Assembly (NCBI GenBank): GCA_014729015.1
Contig: WJKR01000037.1
Location: 1-63,199 of the forward strand
Direction of reading: 5' to 3'
Length of the DNA stretch: 63,199 bases
DNA from: Candidatus Woesearchaeota archaeon
GTDB taxonomy: Archaea > Nanobdellota > Nanobdellia > Woesearchaeales > WJKR01
The notes beneath the pieces were generated by a model that saw only the letters and a list, made by a program, of their open reading frames with translations, ran no database searches and was not told the DNA's origin. Numbering within the stretch: position 1 is the first letter of the stretch; each line of letters starts with the position of its first letter. The translations under genes and the position numbers were made by a program. Positions 8,517 to 17,336 of this stretch are shown here, in pieces.

Positions 8517-8918
8517 ATGAAATCGGTTAACGCAGCGGTCACCAAAGGGCTCTCCGTCGGCAGCACGGTAGAGGCCTGCGACAACAGCGGCGCGAAGACC
8601 ATCAAGGTATTCAGCGTCAAAGGGCACAAGACCGTCAAAGGCCAAAACCCGGCCGCGGGCGTCGGCGACCTCGTGCAAGCGAGCGTGATTAAGGGACGGC
8701 CGGACATGCGGAAACAAGTCGTCTTCGCCGTCGTCGTCCGGCAACGGAAGGAGTACCGGAGGCCCGACGGCACGCGCGTCAAGTTCGAGGACAACGCCGT
8801 CGTCGTCCTCAAAGACGACAAGGGCAACCCTAAAGGAACGATTTTCAAAGGGCCCATAGCCAAGGAGGCAACGACGAGGTGGCCGGGCATCGCCAAGGTC
8901 GCCAGCATCATCGTGTAA
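8517..8918 (+). CDS. rpl14: 50S ribosomal protein uL14
   Basis: Motifs VEACDNSGAKTIKVFSVKG and FEDNAVVVLKDDKGNPKGT. Confidence 0.96.
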   Translation: MKSVNAAVTKGLSVGSTVEACDNSGAKTIKVFSVKGHKTVKGQNPAAGVGDLVQASVIKGRPDMRKQVVFAVVVRQRKEYRRPDGTRVKFEDNAVVVLKDDKGNPKGTIFKGPIAKEATTRWPGIAKVASIIV

Positions 8919-8927
8919 GAGGAAAAA

Positions 8928-9320
8928 ATGAGACCAGCATTCGCCACCACCTGGAAGGGCAGCGTGCAGCCGCGCAAGCAGCGGAAATACCAGTACAACG
9001 CGCCCTATCACGTCAAAGGAAGGTTCCTCGCCGTCCATCTCTCGCCGGCGTTGCGCAAGCAGCACGCCACCCGCGCCGCCAGGATCCGGAAAGGCGACAA
9101 GGTCAAGGTCCTGCGCGGCAACCACAAGGGAAAGGAGGCGAAGGTCGACCGCGTCGACCCCAAGCACACCAAGGTCTACCTCGCAAGGATCGAGCACAGC
9201 AAGCCCGACGGCACCAAGACACCCATCGGCTTCCACCCATCGAGCCTCATGATCACCGAACTGGACCTAGAAGACAAGAAGAGAAAAGCAAAACTGGAGA
9301 AAAAGAAGAAGAAGGAATGA
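8928..9320 (+). CDS. rpl24: 50S ribosomal protein uL24
   Basis: A KOW motif is present: IRKGDKVKVLRGNHKGKEAKVDRV. Operon position fits. Confidence 0.93.
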   Translation: MRPAFATTWKGSVQPRKQRKYQYNAPYHVKGRFLAVHLSPALRKQHATRAARIRKGDKVKVLRGNHKGKEAKVDRVDPKHTKVYLARIEHSKPDGTKTPIGFHPSSLMITELDLEDKKRKAKLEKKKKKE

Positions 9321-10018
9321 TCACTATGGTAAAGAACCACCTCAAACGCGTCCCCGTACCGACGACCTGGAACGTCCTGCGCAAGCAGCACACCTTCATC
9401 ACCAGGCCGCGTCCAGGAGCGCACCCATACCACCTCGCGTTCAGCCTGAACACCCTGATGAAAGAAGTGCTCCGTCTCGCGGCCACCACGAAAGAGGTCA
9501 AGCGCATCCTCAAAGAGCAGGAAGTGCTGGTGGACGGCAAGCGGCGGCACGACGAGCGGTACAATGTCGGCTTCATGGACGTCATCACCTTCACCAAGAC
9601 CAAGCAGTCCTACCGCGTCGGCTTCACCGGCAAAGGCAAGCTCACCGCGTTCGCCATCCCCGCGAAAGAAGCGAGCAAGAAGATCGGCAAGATCGTCGCG
9701 AAACGCACCAGCAAAAAAGGGAGGGCGCAGCTCTCGCTCAATGACGGACGAGTCCTCGTCGTGGACAAGGATGAGTATAACGTCGGCGACAGCCTCGTCA
9801 TCACGCTCCCGAAGCAGACCGTCGCTGCAAGGTTGCCCTTCGCCGCCGGAGCGGCGGTCATCGTGCACCAAGGAAAATACGCCGGGCAGACCGGTACCAT
9901 TGACGTGATAAAGGACGGAGAGGTCGTCATCACCACCGGGAAAGGCACCCTTAGTACGAAGCGGTCGTACGCCTTCGTCATCGGCGACAAGCGACCAGCG
10001 CTGACGTGTACACCATGA
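9317..10018 (+). CDS. rps4e: 30S ribosomal protein eS4
   Basis: Motifs KNHLKRVPVPTTWNVLRKQHTFITRPRPGAH and VLVDGKRRHDERYNVGFMDVI. I trimmed track ORF 8879-10018 to the ATG at 9317. Confidence 0.93.
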   Translation: MITMVKNHLKRVPVPTTWNVLRKQHTFITRPRPGAHPYHLAFSLNTLMKEVLRLAATTKEVKRILKEQEVLVDGKRRHDERYNVGFMDVITFTKTKQSYRVGFTGKGKLTAFAIPAKEASKKIGKIVAKRTSKKGRAQLSLNDGRVLVVDKDEYNVGDSLVITLPKQTVAARLPFAAGAAVIVHQGKYAGQTGTIDVIKDGEVVITTGKGTLSTKRSYAFVIGDKRPALTCTP

Positions 10019-10530
10019 ACGCCATGCAACGCATCCGGATAGAGAAGCTCACCCTGAACGTCGGGGCGGGGAAGGACGAGAACATGCTCAAGAAAGGGGA
10101 GAAACTCCTCAAGCACCTCACCGGCATCGACCCGGTCAAGACCATCACCAGGAAGCGGATACAGGCATGGAGTCTCAGGCCAGGGCTCCCCATCGGCGTC
10201 AAGCTTACGCTCAGAGGGGAACAGGCGCGAGAGCTCCTGCCACGGCTCCTCTCAGCCAAGGACAACACCTTGCAGGAGAACTGCTTCGACGGCTACGGCA
10301 ACGTCAGCTTCGGCATCCCCGAGTACGTCGACATCCAGGGCGTGAAGTACGACCCGGACATCGGCATCATCGGCCTCCAGGTCAGCATCACCCTCGAGCG
10401 GCCGGGCTACCGGGTCAAGCGGCGGAAGGTCCAAAAGACCAAGGTCTCCCTGCATCATCAGGTCACGAAGCGAGACGCCATCGACTACTTGAAGAAGCAC
10501 TTCAACATCACCATAGGTGAGACAGCATGA
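10006..10530 (+). CDS. rpl5: 50S ribosomal protein uL5
   Basis: Motifs [39 protein letters not shown] and GNVSFGIPE. Confidence 0.95.
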   Translation: MYTMNAMQRIRIEKLTLNVGAGKDENMLKKGEKLLKHLTGIDPVKTITRKRIQAWSLRPGLPIGVKLTLRGEQARELLPRLLSAKDNTLQENCFDGYGNVSFGIPEYVDIQGVKYDPDIGIIGLQVSITLERPGYRVKRRKVQKTKVSLHHQVTKRDAIDYLKKHFNITIGETA

Positions 10531-10757
10531 CCACGACCAATCATACCAAGGTCCTCGAGCAAATAGGCCACAAACAGGCCAAGCACGAACGATACCAGAA
10601 GCACAACACGCCGAAAGAGCGGAAGCACGGCGCGGCCACGAAGCGATGCGGCCGGTGCGGCAGGACCAGGGCGCACATCGGCAAGTACGGCCTCAACCTG
10701 TGCCGGCAATGCTTCCGGGAGACGGCCGAGAGGCTCGGCTTCAAAAAATACAGCTAG
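10527..10757 (+). CDS. rps14: 30S ribosomal protein uS14 (zinc type)
   Basis: The C-terminus reads [36 protein letters not shown]. There is an N-terminal extension relative to typical ~55-aa forms. Confidence 0.92.
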   Translation: MTTTNHTKVLEQIGHKQAKHERYQKHNTPKERKHGAATKRCGRCGRTRAHIGKYGLNLCRQCFRETAERLGFKKYS

Positions 10758-10766
10758 GCATGCACC

Positions 10767-11159
10767 ATGACACTCAACGACCCACTCGCAAACGTCCTCA
10801 GCCACGTCCTCAACTATGAGCGGACGGGCAACAAGGAAGTCATCACGAAGAACAACAGCGTCCTCATCAAGGGCGTGCTCCGGCTCATGCAGGACAACGG
10901 CTACCTCGGCAGCTATGAAGAGGTCGAGGACAGCAAGGGAGACCTGCTCAGGATACACCTCATCGGCGTCATCAACAACTGCAACGTCATCAAGCCGCGG
11001 TTCCGCGTGGGCAAGGATGGTTTCGAACGGTACGAGCAGCGCTTCCTGCCGAGCAAGGACTTCGGCATCATCGTCGTCAGCACGAGCAAGGGGCTCATGA
11101 CCCACAAACAAGCGAAAGAGCAGGGCGTCGGCGGCACGCTCATCAGCTATTGCTACTGA
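10767..11159 (+). CDS. rps8: 30S ribosomal protein uS8
   Basis: Motifs LNDPLANVLSHVLNYERTG and GIIVVSTSKGLMTHKQAKEQGVGG. Confidence 0.95.
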   Translation: MTLNDPLANVLSHVLNYERTGNKEVITKNNSVLIKGVLRLMQDNGYLGSYEEVEDSKGDLLRIHLIGVINNCNVIKPRFRVGKDGFERYEQRFLPSKDFGIIVVSTSKGLMTHKQAKEQGVGGTLISYCY

Positions 11160-11165
11160 GAAAAA

Positions 11166-11708
11166 ATGGTACGAAGAGACTACCGGGAGACACTGGACAT
11201 CCCCGACGGCGTCACCGTCACCGTAGCCAACGGCATCGTCACGGCCAAAGGATCGAGGGGGGAGCTGAGCAGGGACTGCCTGGCGCGCAGCGTCACCATC
11301 ACCGCCGATGACAAGGCACTGGTCCTCGCAGCGCCGGCGACGGCGAGAAGGAAGAACGCGCTGTTCACGACCAAGGCGCACCTTAAGAACATGCTCTACG
11401 GCGTCAACGAGGGCTACACCTACAAGCTCAAGATATGCAGCGGCCATTTTCCCATGACCGTGACGGCGAAGGACAAGGAGCTCGAGGTCAAGAACTTCAT
11501 CGGCGAGAAAGTACCCAGAACCCTCAACATCAAGGAAGGGGCTGATGTCAAGGTCGACGGCGACATCATCGAAGTCACCGCCAATGACAAGGAGCTCGCA
11601 GGACAAGTTGCCGCTGACATCGAGAACCTCACCAAGAGGCCTGGCTTCGACAGGCGTGTCTTCCAAGACGGCATCTACATCACCGACAAGCCGAAACGAA
11701 CGATGTGA
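11166..11708 (+). CDS. rpl6: 50S ribosomal protein uL6
   Basis: Motifs IPDGVTVTVANGIVTAKGSRGELS, YTYKLKICSGHFPMTV and FIGEKVPR. Confidence 0.95.
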   Translation: MVRRDYRETLDIPDGVTVTVANGIVTAKGSRGELSRDCLARSVTITADDKALVLAAPATARRKNALFTTKAHLKNMLYGVNEGYTYKLKICSGHFPMTVTAKDKELEVKNFIGEKVPRTLNIKEGADVKVDGDIIEVTANDKELAGQVAADIENLTKRPGFDRRVFQDGIYITDKPKRTM

Positions 11709-11714
11709 TACAGC

Positions 11715-12296
11715 ATGCAAGCACTCCTTGATGACAAGAAGGCCAAGAAGAAGAGGAACCCCCGCTTCACCAGGACAGACAGCCATAAGAAGCGGCGCCT
11801 CAACCCCGGATGGCGACGGCCGAAAGGGCTGCAGAACAAGATGCGGCTCCGCAAGAAGGGGTACAAGAAGAGCGTCACGTCAGGGTACAGCACCCCTGCG
11901 CGCCTCAAAGGAGCGACCGAACGAGGACTCGCCATCGTCACCGTCAACACGCTCAAGGAGCTCGAAGCGCTCGACCCGCAACGGGAAGCAGCGCTCATCG
12001 CCCGCATCGGTAGGAAGAAGAAGACCGCCTTGCTCGCGGCGGCGCAGCGGAGAGGCGTCACAGTCGCCAACCTCCCCCTCAAACGATACCAGGAAAAGAC
12101 CTCGTCGCTCCTCAAGGAGCAGGAGGCGAAGAAGGCCGAGCTGCAAAAGAAGGCGGCGGCGAAGAAGAAGCAGGAGCGGGTGGAGAAGGAGCGAGAGGCC
12201 GAAAAGAAGCTGGCAGGAGAAACGACCGAGCAGGACAAGAAGCAAGAGGAAAAGAAGGAGCTTGACAAGGTCCTGACGAACAAGAAAGGGATGTGA
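11715..12296 (+). CDS. rpl32e: 50S ribosomal protein eL32 with ~65-aa Lys/Glu-rich tail
   Basis: Motifs NPRFTRTDSHKKRRLNPGWRRPKGLQNKMR and IARIGRKKK. The tail reads KEQEAKKAELQKKAAAKKKQERVEKE. Confidence 0.92.
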   Translation: MQALLDDKKAKKKRNPRFTRTDSHKKRRLNPGWRRPKGLQNKMRLRKKGYKKSVTSGYSTPARLKGATERGLAIVTVNTLKELEALDPQREAALIARIGRKKKTALLAAAQRRGVTVANLPLKRYQEKTSSLLKEQEAKKAELQKKAAAKKKQERVEKEREAEKKLAGETTEQDKKQEEKKELDKVLTNKKGM

Positions 12297-12748
12297 AGAT
12301 GAAGCTCGACACCCAGAAGAAGATCGCGGCACGCGTCCTCAACACCAGTCCGAAGCGGGTCAAGATAGACCAGACCCGGGCAGAAGACCTCAAGGAGGCT
12401 ATCACCAAGACGGACATCAGAGGGCTGATAGGGGACGGCGCGATCAAGAAGACGCAGAAAAAGGGTGTGTCGCGCGCACGTGCCAACAAGCAGCTCCGGC
12501 AGAAGAGCAAGGGCCAACGAAAAGGCGCGGGCAGCAGGAAGGGCAAGCAGACCACTCACACGCCGAAGAAAGGGACGTGGATGGGTAGGGTCAGAGCGCA
12601 ACGAGCGTTCCTCAACGAGCTCAAGGCGAGAGGCACGATCGACACGTCGACCTATGCCTTGTTGTACCGGAAGGCGAAAGGAGGCTTCTTCAGGGACAAG
12701 AAGCACATCAAGCTTTACCTCGAAGAACAACGACTCACCAGGAAGTGA
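12293..12748 (+). CDS. rpl19e: 50S ribosomal protein eL19
   Basis: Motifs LDTQKKIAARVLNTSPKRVKID and DIRGLIGDGAIKKTQKKGVSRARA. Confidence 0.94.
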   Translation: MKMKLDTQKKIAARVLNTSPKRVKIDQTRAEDLKEAITKTDIRGLIGDGAIKKTQKKGVSRARANKQLRQKSKGQRKGAGSRKGKQTTHTPKKGTWMGRVRAQRAFLNELKARGTIDTSTYALLYRKAKGGFFRDKKHIKLYLEEQRLTRK

Positions 12749-13260
12749 CTATCATGACCAGACCGACCACGAGGAGATCCGTCCCCTACCGCAGGAAACG
12801 GGCGGGGAAGACCAACTACAAGAAGCGGTTGGAACTCCTCAAGAGCAGGCAGCACCGGCTCGTCATCAGGAAGACGAACAAGCACGTCATCATGCAGATC
12901 GTCGATTACCATCCCGACGGCGACCGCGTCGTCGCCAGCGTGAGCAGCAAGCGGCTGGGACGCATGGGCTGGCAGCACTCGATGAAGAACATCCCCGCCT
13001 GCTACCTCACCGGACTGCTCCTCGCACGGGCGTCGAAGGAGCGCGACGTCGAAGCGGCGATCCTCGACCTCGGGCTCCAAACCCCTATCAAGGGGTCGCG
13101 GCTCTACGCAGCGCTGAAAGGGGCTATCGACGGCGGACTCGCCGTCCCCACTTCCGAGGACGTGTTCCCGTCAGCGGAACGCATCACTGGCGCCCACCTG
13201 CAGGACAAGGCGGTCGCAGAGCATTTTAACAAGCTCAAAGCACAGCTCACCACGGAATGA
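12745..13260 (+). CDS. rpl18: 50S ribosomal protein uL18
   Basis: The sequence reads VPYRRKRAGKTNYKKRLELLKSRQHRLVIRKTNKHVIMQIV. Confidence 0.94.
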   Translation: MTIMTRPTTRRSVPYRRKRAGKTNYKKRLELLKSRQHRLVIRKTNKHVIMQIVDYHPDGDRVVASVSSKRLGRMGWQHSMKNIPACYLTGLLLARASKERDVEAAILDLGLQTPIKGSRLYAALKGAIDGGLAVPTSEDVFPSAERITGAHLQDKAVAEHFNKLKAQLTTE

Positions 13261-14039
13261 TCATCATGGCAAACGACAAACATCGACGCACTCATGCGCG
13301 GGAACAACGAGACCCTCGGGCTTACCTCGAGGACTGGCAGCCGAAGACGGCGATTGGCACCCTTGTCAAGAACAAGGAGATAACTGACATCGACCAGCTA
13401 CTCGACAAGGGGATTGCTGTCCTCGAGCCGGAGATAGCCGACTCCTTGTTGGAGCTCGAGTCAGAGCTCCTTCTCATCGGCCAGAGCAAGGGGAAGTTCG
13501 GCGGCGGCCAACGACGCGTCTTCCGGCAGACCCAGAAGAAGACCATGGAAGGCAACAAGCCGAAGTTCTCAGCATACGCGGTGGTCGGGAACAAGGACGG
13601 CCATGTCGGCCTCGGACTGGGCAAGAGCAGGGAGACCATCCCCGCCCGTGAGAAGGCGATTAGGAATGCCAAGCTCAACGTGTTCAAGATACGGCGAGGC
13701 AGGGGTAGCTGGCAGGATGCGAGCGCCGAGCCGCACAGCATTCCCTTCGCCGTGGAAGGGAAGTGCGGCAGCGTCGTCGTCAGGCTCATGCCCGCACCGA
13801 AGGGGAAGGGTCTCGTTGTGGATCAGGAGATCGCGAAGATACTCTCGCTGGCCGGCATCAAGGATTGCTGGGCGAAGACGCGCGGCCAGGCCAAGAACAA
13901 GGTTAACATGATAAAGGCTACTGAGCGGGCGCTCCGGCAGCTGAGCAAGATGAAGATCAAGGCGGACCAGGTCGACCCGTTCAACATCGTCGAGGGCAAG
14001 CTGCCGGGACGGGAACCAGCGGAGGGTGAGGACGCATGA
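13257..14039 (+). CDS. rps5: 30S ribosomal protein uS5
   Basis: Motifs GGGQRRVFRQTQKKTMEGNKPKFSAYAVVGNKDGHVGLGLGKS and KAIRNAKLNVFKIRRG. The start may instead be 13266. Confidence 0.94.
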   Translation: MIIMANDKHRRTHAREQRDPRAYLEDWQPKTAIGTLVKNKEITDIDQLLDKGIAVLEPEIADSLLELESELLLIGQSKGKFGGGQRRVFRQTQKKTMEGNKPKFSAYAVVGNKDGHVGLGLGKSRETIPAREKAIRNAKLNVFKIRRGRGSWQDASAEPHSIPFAVEGKCGSVVVRLMPAPKGKGLVVDQEIAKILSLAGIKDCWAKTRGQAKNKVNMIKATERALRQLSKMKIKADQVDPFNIVEGKLPGREPAEGEDA

Positions 14040-14431
14040 GCGGCGCTGTGAAGAAGCCCGCTGCGAGGATCGCCGTCGTCCTTCTCAAGGGAAGGGTTGG
14101 CCTGCACCGGGATGTCAAGCGGACGTTGGACTTGCTCCGGCTCAGGAAGAAGCATGTGTGCGTCGTCCTCGAGGGCACAGAGGCCAACCTCGGCATGGTC
14201 AAGAAGTGCAAGGACGCCGTCACGTGGGGCGCGATTACTGATGAGACGTACAAGGAATTGGTCGACAAGCGTGGTAGGCGTGATAGGGACGGCGGGTTCA
14301 AGCCGTGGTTCCATCTCAGCCCGCCTAGGGGTGGCTTCGAGCGTAAGGGCACGAAGCGCTTGTATGGCGCTGGGGGCGCGCTCGGCGACCGCAAGGACAG
14401 GATTGATGACCTTATTAAGAGGATGGTGTGA
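14036..14431 (+). CDS. rpl30: 50S ribosomal protein uL30
   Basis: The sequence reads AVVLLKGRVGLHRDVKRTLDLLRLRKKHVCVVL. Operon position fits. Confidence 0.92.
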   Translation: MSGAVKKPAARIAVVLLKGRVGLHRDVKRTLDLLRLRKKHVCVVLEGTEANLGMVKKCKDAVTWGAITDETYKELVDKRGRRDRDGGFKPWFHLSPPRGGFERKGTKRLYGAGGALGDRKDRIDDLIKRMV

Positions 14432-14901
14432 TGCGGATGAAGAAGCGCAGGAAGAACACCAGGTTTCGTGGCAGCAAGACGCACGGCGGTGGTAGTATGA
14501 AGAAGCGCCGGGGCGCGGGTCACCGCGGCGGACGGGGCGCTGCTGGTTCTGGCAAGCGCGGCGATGCGAAGAAGCCGAGCATCTGGAAGGATAAGCGCTG
14601 CGTGGGCAAGCGCGGCTTCACGAGCAAGTCACGGAAGGCGCGGGCGCCTATTACCATCGCGCATCTCGAGCGTTTTGTGCGTTCGTTGCAGCGGTCGGGC
14701 ATCCTCGAGGAGCAGGATGACGTGTTCGTCGTGCACCTGGACAAGGCGGGTTATACTCGGCTCCTCGCTACGGGTAGTGCGACCAGGAAGTGGCGGATTA
14801 CCGTGCCTGCCGCCTCGCCGGGCGCCATTGAGAAGATAGAAAGGGCAGGGGGTTCCGTGACGCTGACCGGACGGGCAGCGACGGGTGGACAAGAGGAGTG
14901 A
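14428..14901 (+). CDS. rpl15: 50S ribosomal protein uL15
   Basis: The sequence reads KKRRKNTRFRGSKTHGGGSMKKRRGAGHRGGRGAAGSGKR. Operon position fits. Confidence 0.93.
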   Translation: MMRMKKRRKNTRFRGSKTHGGGSMKKRRGAGHRGGRGAAGSGKRGDAKKPSIWKDKRCVGKRGFTSKSRKARAPITIAHLERFVRSLQRSGILEEQDDVFVVHLDKAGYTRLLATGSATRKWRITVPAASPGAIEKIERAGGSVTLTGRAATGGQEE

Positions 14902-14904
14902 GCA

Positions 14905-16233
14905 ATGGCGTGGTATGATCGTTTTCTGACGAGCCTTCCCGAGGTAGCGTCTCCTACCCAGAAGCGGCTCGCTTTCAAGCAGAAGCTGACGTGGACGTTG
15001 ACTATCTTGATCATTTATTTCGTGCTCGGCTTGATACCGGTGTTCGGCGCCTCTGCTGAGACGTTGCGGCAGCTCGAGTTCTTGAGCATCGTCTTGGGCG
15101 CGCAGTTCGGTAGTATCATCTCTTTGGGCATCGGCCCGATCGTCACGGCTTCTATCATCCTGCAGTTGTTGAATGGTAGCGGGCTGGTCAAGTTCGATCT
15201 GACCACTCCTGATGGCAAGCAGCGCTTCCAGGGGTTGCAGAAGGTCCTGAGCGTGTTCTTCATTATCCTTGAGTCGTTCATCTATGTCAATCTCGGCGGC
15301 ATCTCGCCGAATCCTGGTGTCAGCCCGTTGTTGTTGGTGTTCCAGCTGTTCTTGGGGGGTATCATGATCATGTTCATGGATGAGGTGGTGAGTAAGTGGG
15401 GCTTCGGTTCTGGTATCAGCTTGTTCATCGCTGCGGGGGTGTCGCAGTCTATGTTCATCCAGTTGTTCAGTCCGCTCAAGCAGCAGGGCGTCGACTTCGC
15501 TGTCGGCTATGTCTGGCAGGTGTTCCAGGCGTTCATCAACCTCGCGCCCGAGGTGGCTTCTAAGGCGCTGGGCGCTATCGTCGCGACGCTCGCTGTCTTC
15601 GCTTTTGTCGTGTACGTACAGAGCATGAAGGTCGAGATCCCTTTGAGTTTCGGCAGGATTCGCGGTCATGGCATCCGTTGGCCGCTGAATTTTCTCTATA
15701 CGAGCAACATCCCGGTTATCCTCGTGGCCGCGTTGTTGGCGAATGTGCAGTTGTTCGCGCAGCTCGTGAACAAGGGTGGTGTGTCGAAGATCGCTGCGTG
15801 GGTGTCTGCGCCGAACATCTTGCAGGCGGTCATCGATAAGAACTTGACTGGGCTCATGGCGGCGCAGGGGTTCGTGTACTTGTTGATCATGACGTCGGGC
15901 GCGGTGCTGTTCAGCTGGTTCTGGGTGCAGACGTCCGGGTTGGATTCGCGGTCGCAGGCCAAGCAGATCATGTCTTCCGGTCTTTCTATTCCTGGTTTCC
16001 GGAAGGACCAGCGAGTCTTGGAGCGGTTGCTGGATCGGTACATCAAGCCGTTGACCATCATGGGCGGTATCGCTATCGGGTTGCTCGCGGGTCTTGCTGA
16101 CTTGACCGGTGCGGTCGGTACGGGGACGGGTATCTTGTTGACGGTCATGATCGTGTACAGGTTGTATGAGGAGATCGCGAAGCAGCACATGTATGACATG
16201 AACCCGATGATGCGGAAGTTCATGGGCGGATAG
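14905..16233 (+). CDS. secY: preprotein translocase subunit SecY
   Basis: A 442-aa polytopic protein with motifs SLGIGPIVTASIILQLL, GFGSGISLFIAAGV and LNFLYTSNIPVILVAAL. It holds the canonical position after rpl15. Confidence 0.96.
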   Translation: MAWYDRFLTSLPEVASPTQKRLAFKQKLTWTLTILIIYFVLGLIPVFGASAETLRQLEFLSIVLGAQFGSIISLGIGPIVTASIILQLLNGSGLVKFDLTTPDGKQRFQGLQKVLSVFFIILESFIYVNLGGISPNPGVSPLLLVFQLFLGGIMIMFMDEVVSKWGFGSGISLFIAAGVSQSMFIQLFSPLKQQGVDFAVGYVWQVFQAFINLAPEVASKALGAIVATLAVFAFVVYVQSMKVEIPLSFGRIRGHGIRWPLNFLYTSNIPVILVAALLANVQLFAQLVNKGGVSKIAAWVSAPNILQAVIDKNLTGLMAAQGFVYLLIMTSGAVLFSWFWVQTSGLDSRSQAKQIMSSGLSIPGFRKDQRVLERLLDRYIKPLTIMGGIAIGLLAGLADLTGAVGTGTGILLTVMIVYRLYEEIAKQHMYDMNPMMRKFMGG

Positions 16234-16245
16234 TTCTTCCACTAC

Positions 16246-16255
16246 CTTTAAATAG
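16246..16255 (+). promoter_or_regulatory. TATA box for DUF106 gene (leaderless)
   Basis: ctttaaatag lies ~22 nt upstream of the ATG at 16277. Confidence 0.45.
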
Positions 16256-16276
16256 GATGGGTGAACACGTGTTCGT

Positions 16277-17047
16277 ATGGTGTTGGAAAGCGTCTTGGAC
16301 CCGGTGTTCTCGCCGTTGTTGACTTTGCCTTCGTGGCTCGCTATTCTTATTATCAGCGTGGTCATTACGACGTTGACGACGATTGCTTACAAGTACTTGA
16401 CCGATCAGACCAAGATGAAGGCGTTGAAGAAGGAGATGAAGGGTGCTCAGAAGCGGATGAAGGAGCTCTCGAAGTCCGACCCGCAGAAGGCGATGAAGAT
16501 GCAGAAGGACATGATGGGTAAGAACATGGAGCTCATGAGGCACAGCTTCAAGCCGACGTTGTATACCTTGATTCCTATCATCATTATTTTTGGTTGGTTG
16601 AACAGCCACATGGCTTATGATCCGTTGTTGCCGAACGAGCCTTTTTCCGTGACGGTGGACATGGACAAGGGCACGACTGGTTCGGTGGAGATAGATACCA
16701 TTCCGGAGTTGCAGTTCGCCAAGGATGAGACGTTGGTGAAGAACGTCACTGATGGGTCGGTTATGTGGACGATGCGGGGCGGTGCTGGGGAGTATCAGTT
16801 GACGTTCACGCATAGTTCCGGCAGCCAGGTTGACCAGGAAGTCTTGGTCACTGATGAGCCGGGCATGTATGAGCAGCCGTTGGTGAAGATCCGTCAGCAG
16901 CCGTTCAGCACTGTCAAGATTAGCAACGACAAGATCAGGCCGTTGGAGGGTTTCCCTCTCGTCGGGAATTGGGGTTGGATCGGTATCTACATCATTTTCA
17001 GTTTGATTATCAGTTTTTCTCTGCGAAAAGCGTTGAAGGTCGCTTAA
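16277..17047 (+). CDS. DUF106/EMC3-like archaeal YidC-type membrane insertase with ~125-aa insertion
   Basis: The layout is TM1, then a Lys/Met-rich coiled coil (KMKALKKEMKGAQKRMKELSKSDPQKAMKMQKDMMGKNMELM), then TM2, as in Mj0480-type DUF106. This is the usual neighbourhood downstream of secY. A beta-rich insert sits before the last TM. Confidence 0.7.
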   Translation: MVLESVLDPVFSPLLTLPSWLAILIISVVITTLTTIAYKYLTDQTKMKALKKEMKGAQKRMKELSKSDPQKAMKMQKDMMGKNMELMRHSFKPTLYTLIPIIIIFGWLNSHMAYDPLLPNEPFSVTVDMDKGTTGSVEIDTIPELQFAKDETLVKNVTDGSVMWTMRGGAGEYQLTFTHSSGSQVDQEVLVTDEPGMYEQPLVKIRQQPFSTVKISNDKIRPLEGFPLVGNWGWIGIYIIFSLIISFSLRKALKVA

Positions 17048-17303
17048 GTAATGAACTTGGCGCCGGGATTATCTTTGAATGCTTGATCGCTGGTGACGAA
17101 AGGAATGTTGTGTTTTCTTGCGTGGATGTAGCCTATTGTGTCGGCTATGGAAAGGTTATCTTTCTTGTTTTCTTCTCGAATGAGCGGGGATTATCGTTTT
17201 TGGGGTTGTTTTATGATGGCTTGTAGAAGGAGGAGAGGTGCAATAAAGCCTTACGAGTGCATGTCCAGTGGTTTTTCTAGGATGTCCGGAAATCCTGCAC
17301 CAT

Positions 17304-17314
17304 AATTTAAATAA
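17304..17314 (+). promoter_or_regulatory. TATA box for Rpp30-like gene (leaderless)
   Basis: aatttaaataa lies ~23 nt upstream of the ATG at 17337. Confidence 0.5.
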
Positions 17315-17336
17315 GACAACGACTTCTTTTCCAACC

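Noticed and set aside
17048-17336. A ~290-nt lower-GC intergenic region after DUF106, examined for tRNA, C/D-box or other small RNA, or a remnant of adk/cmk.
   Set aside because: I saw no T-loop GTTCRANYC motif, no convincing C (RUGAUGA) and D (CUGA) box pair on either strand, and no kinase-like translation. Only a weak 5-bp hairpin and the promoter of the next gene are present. A covariance-model scan would be needed to exclude an ncRNA.
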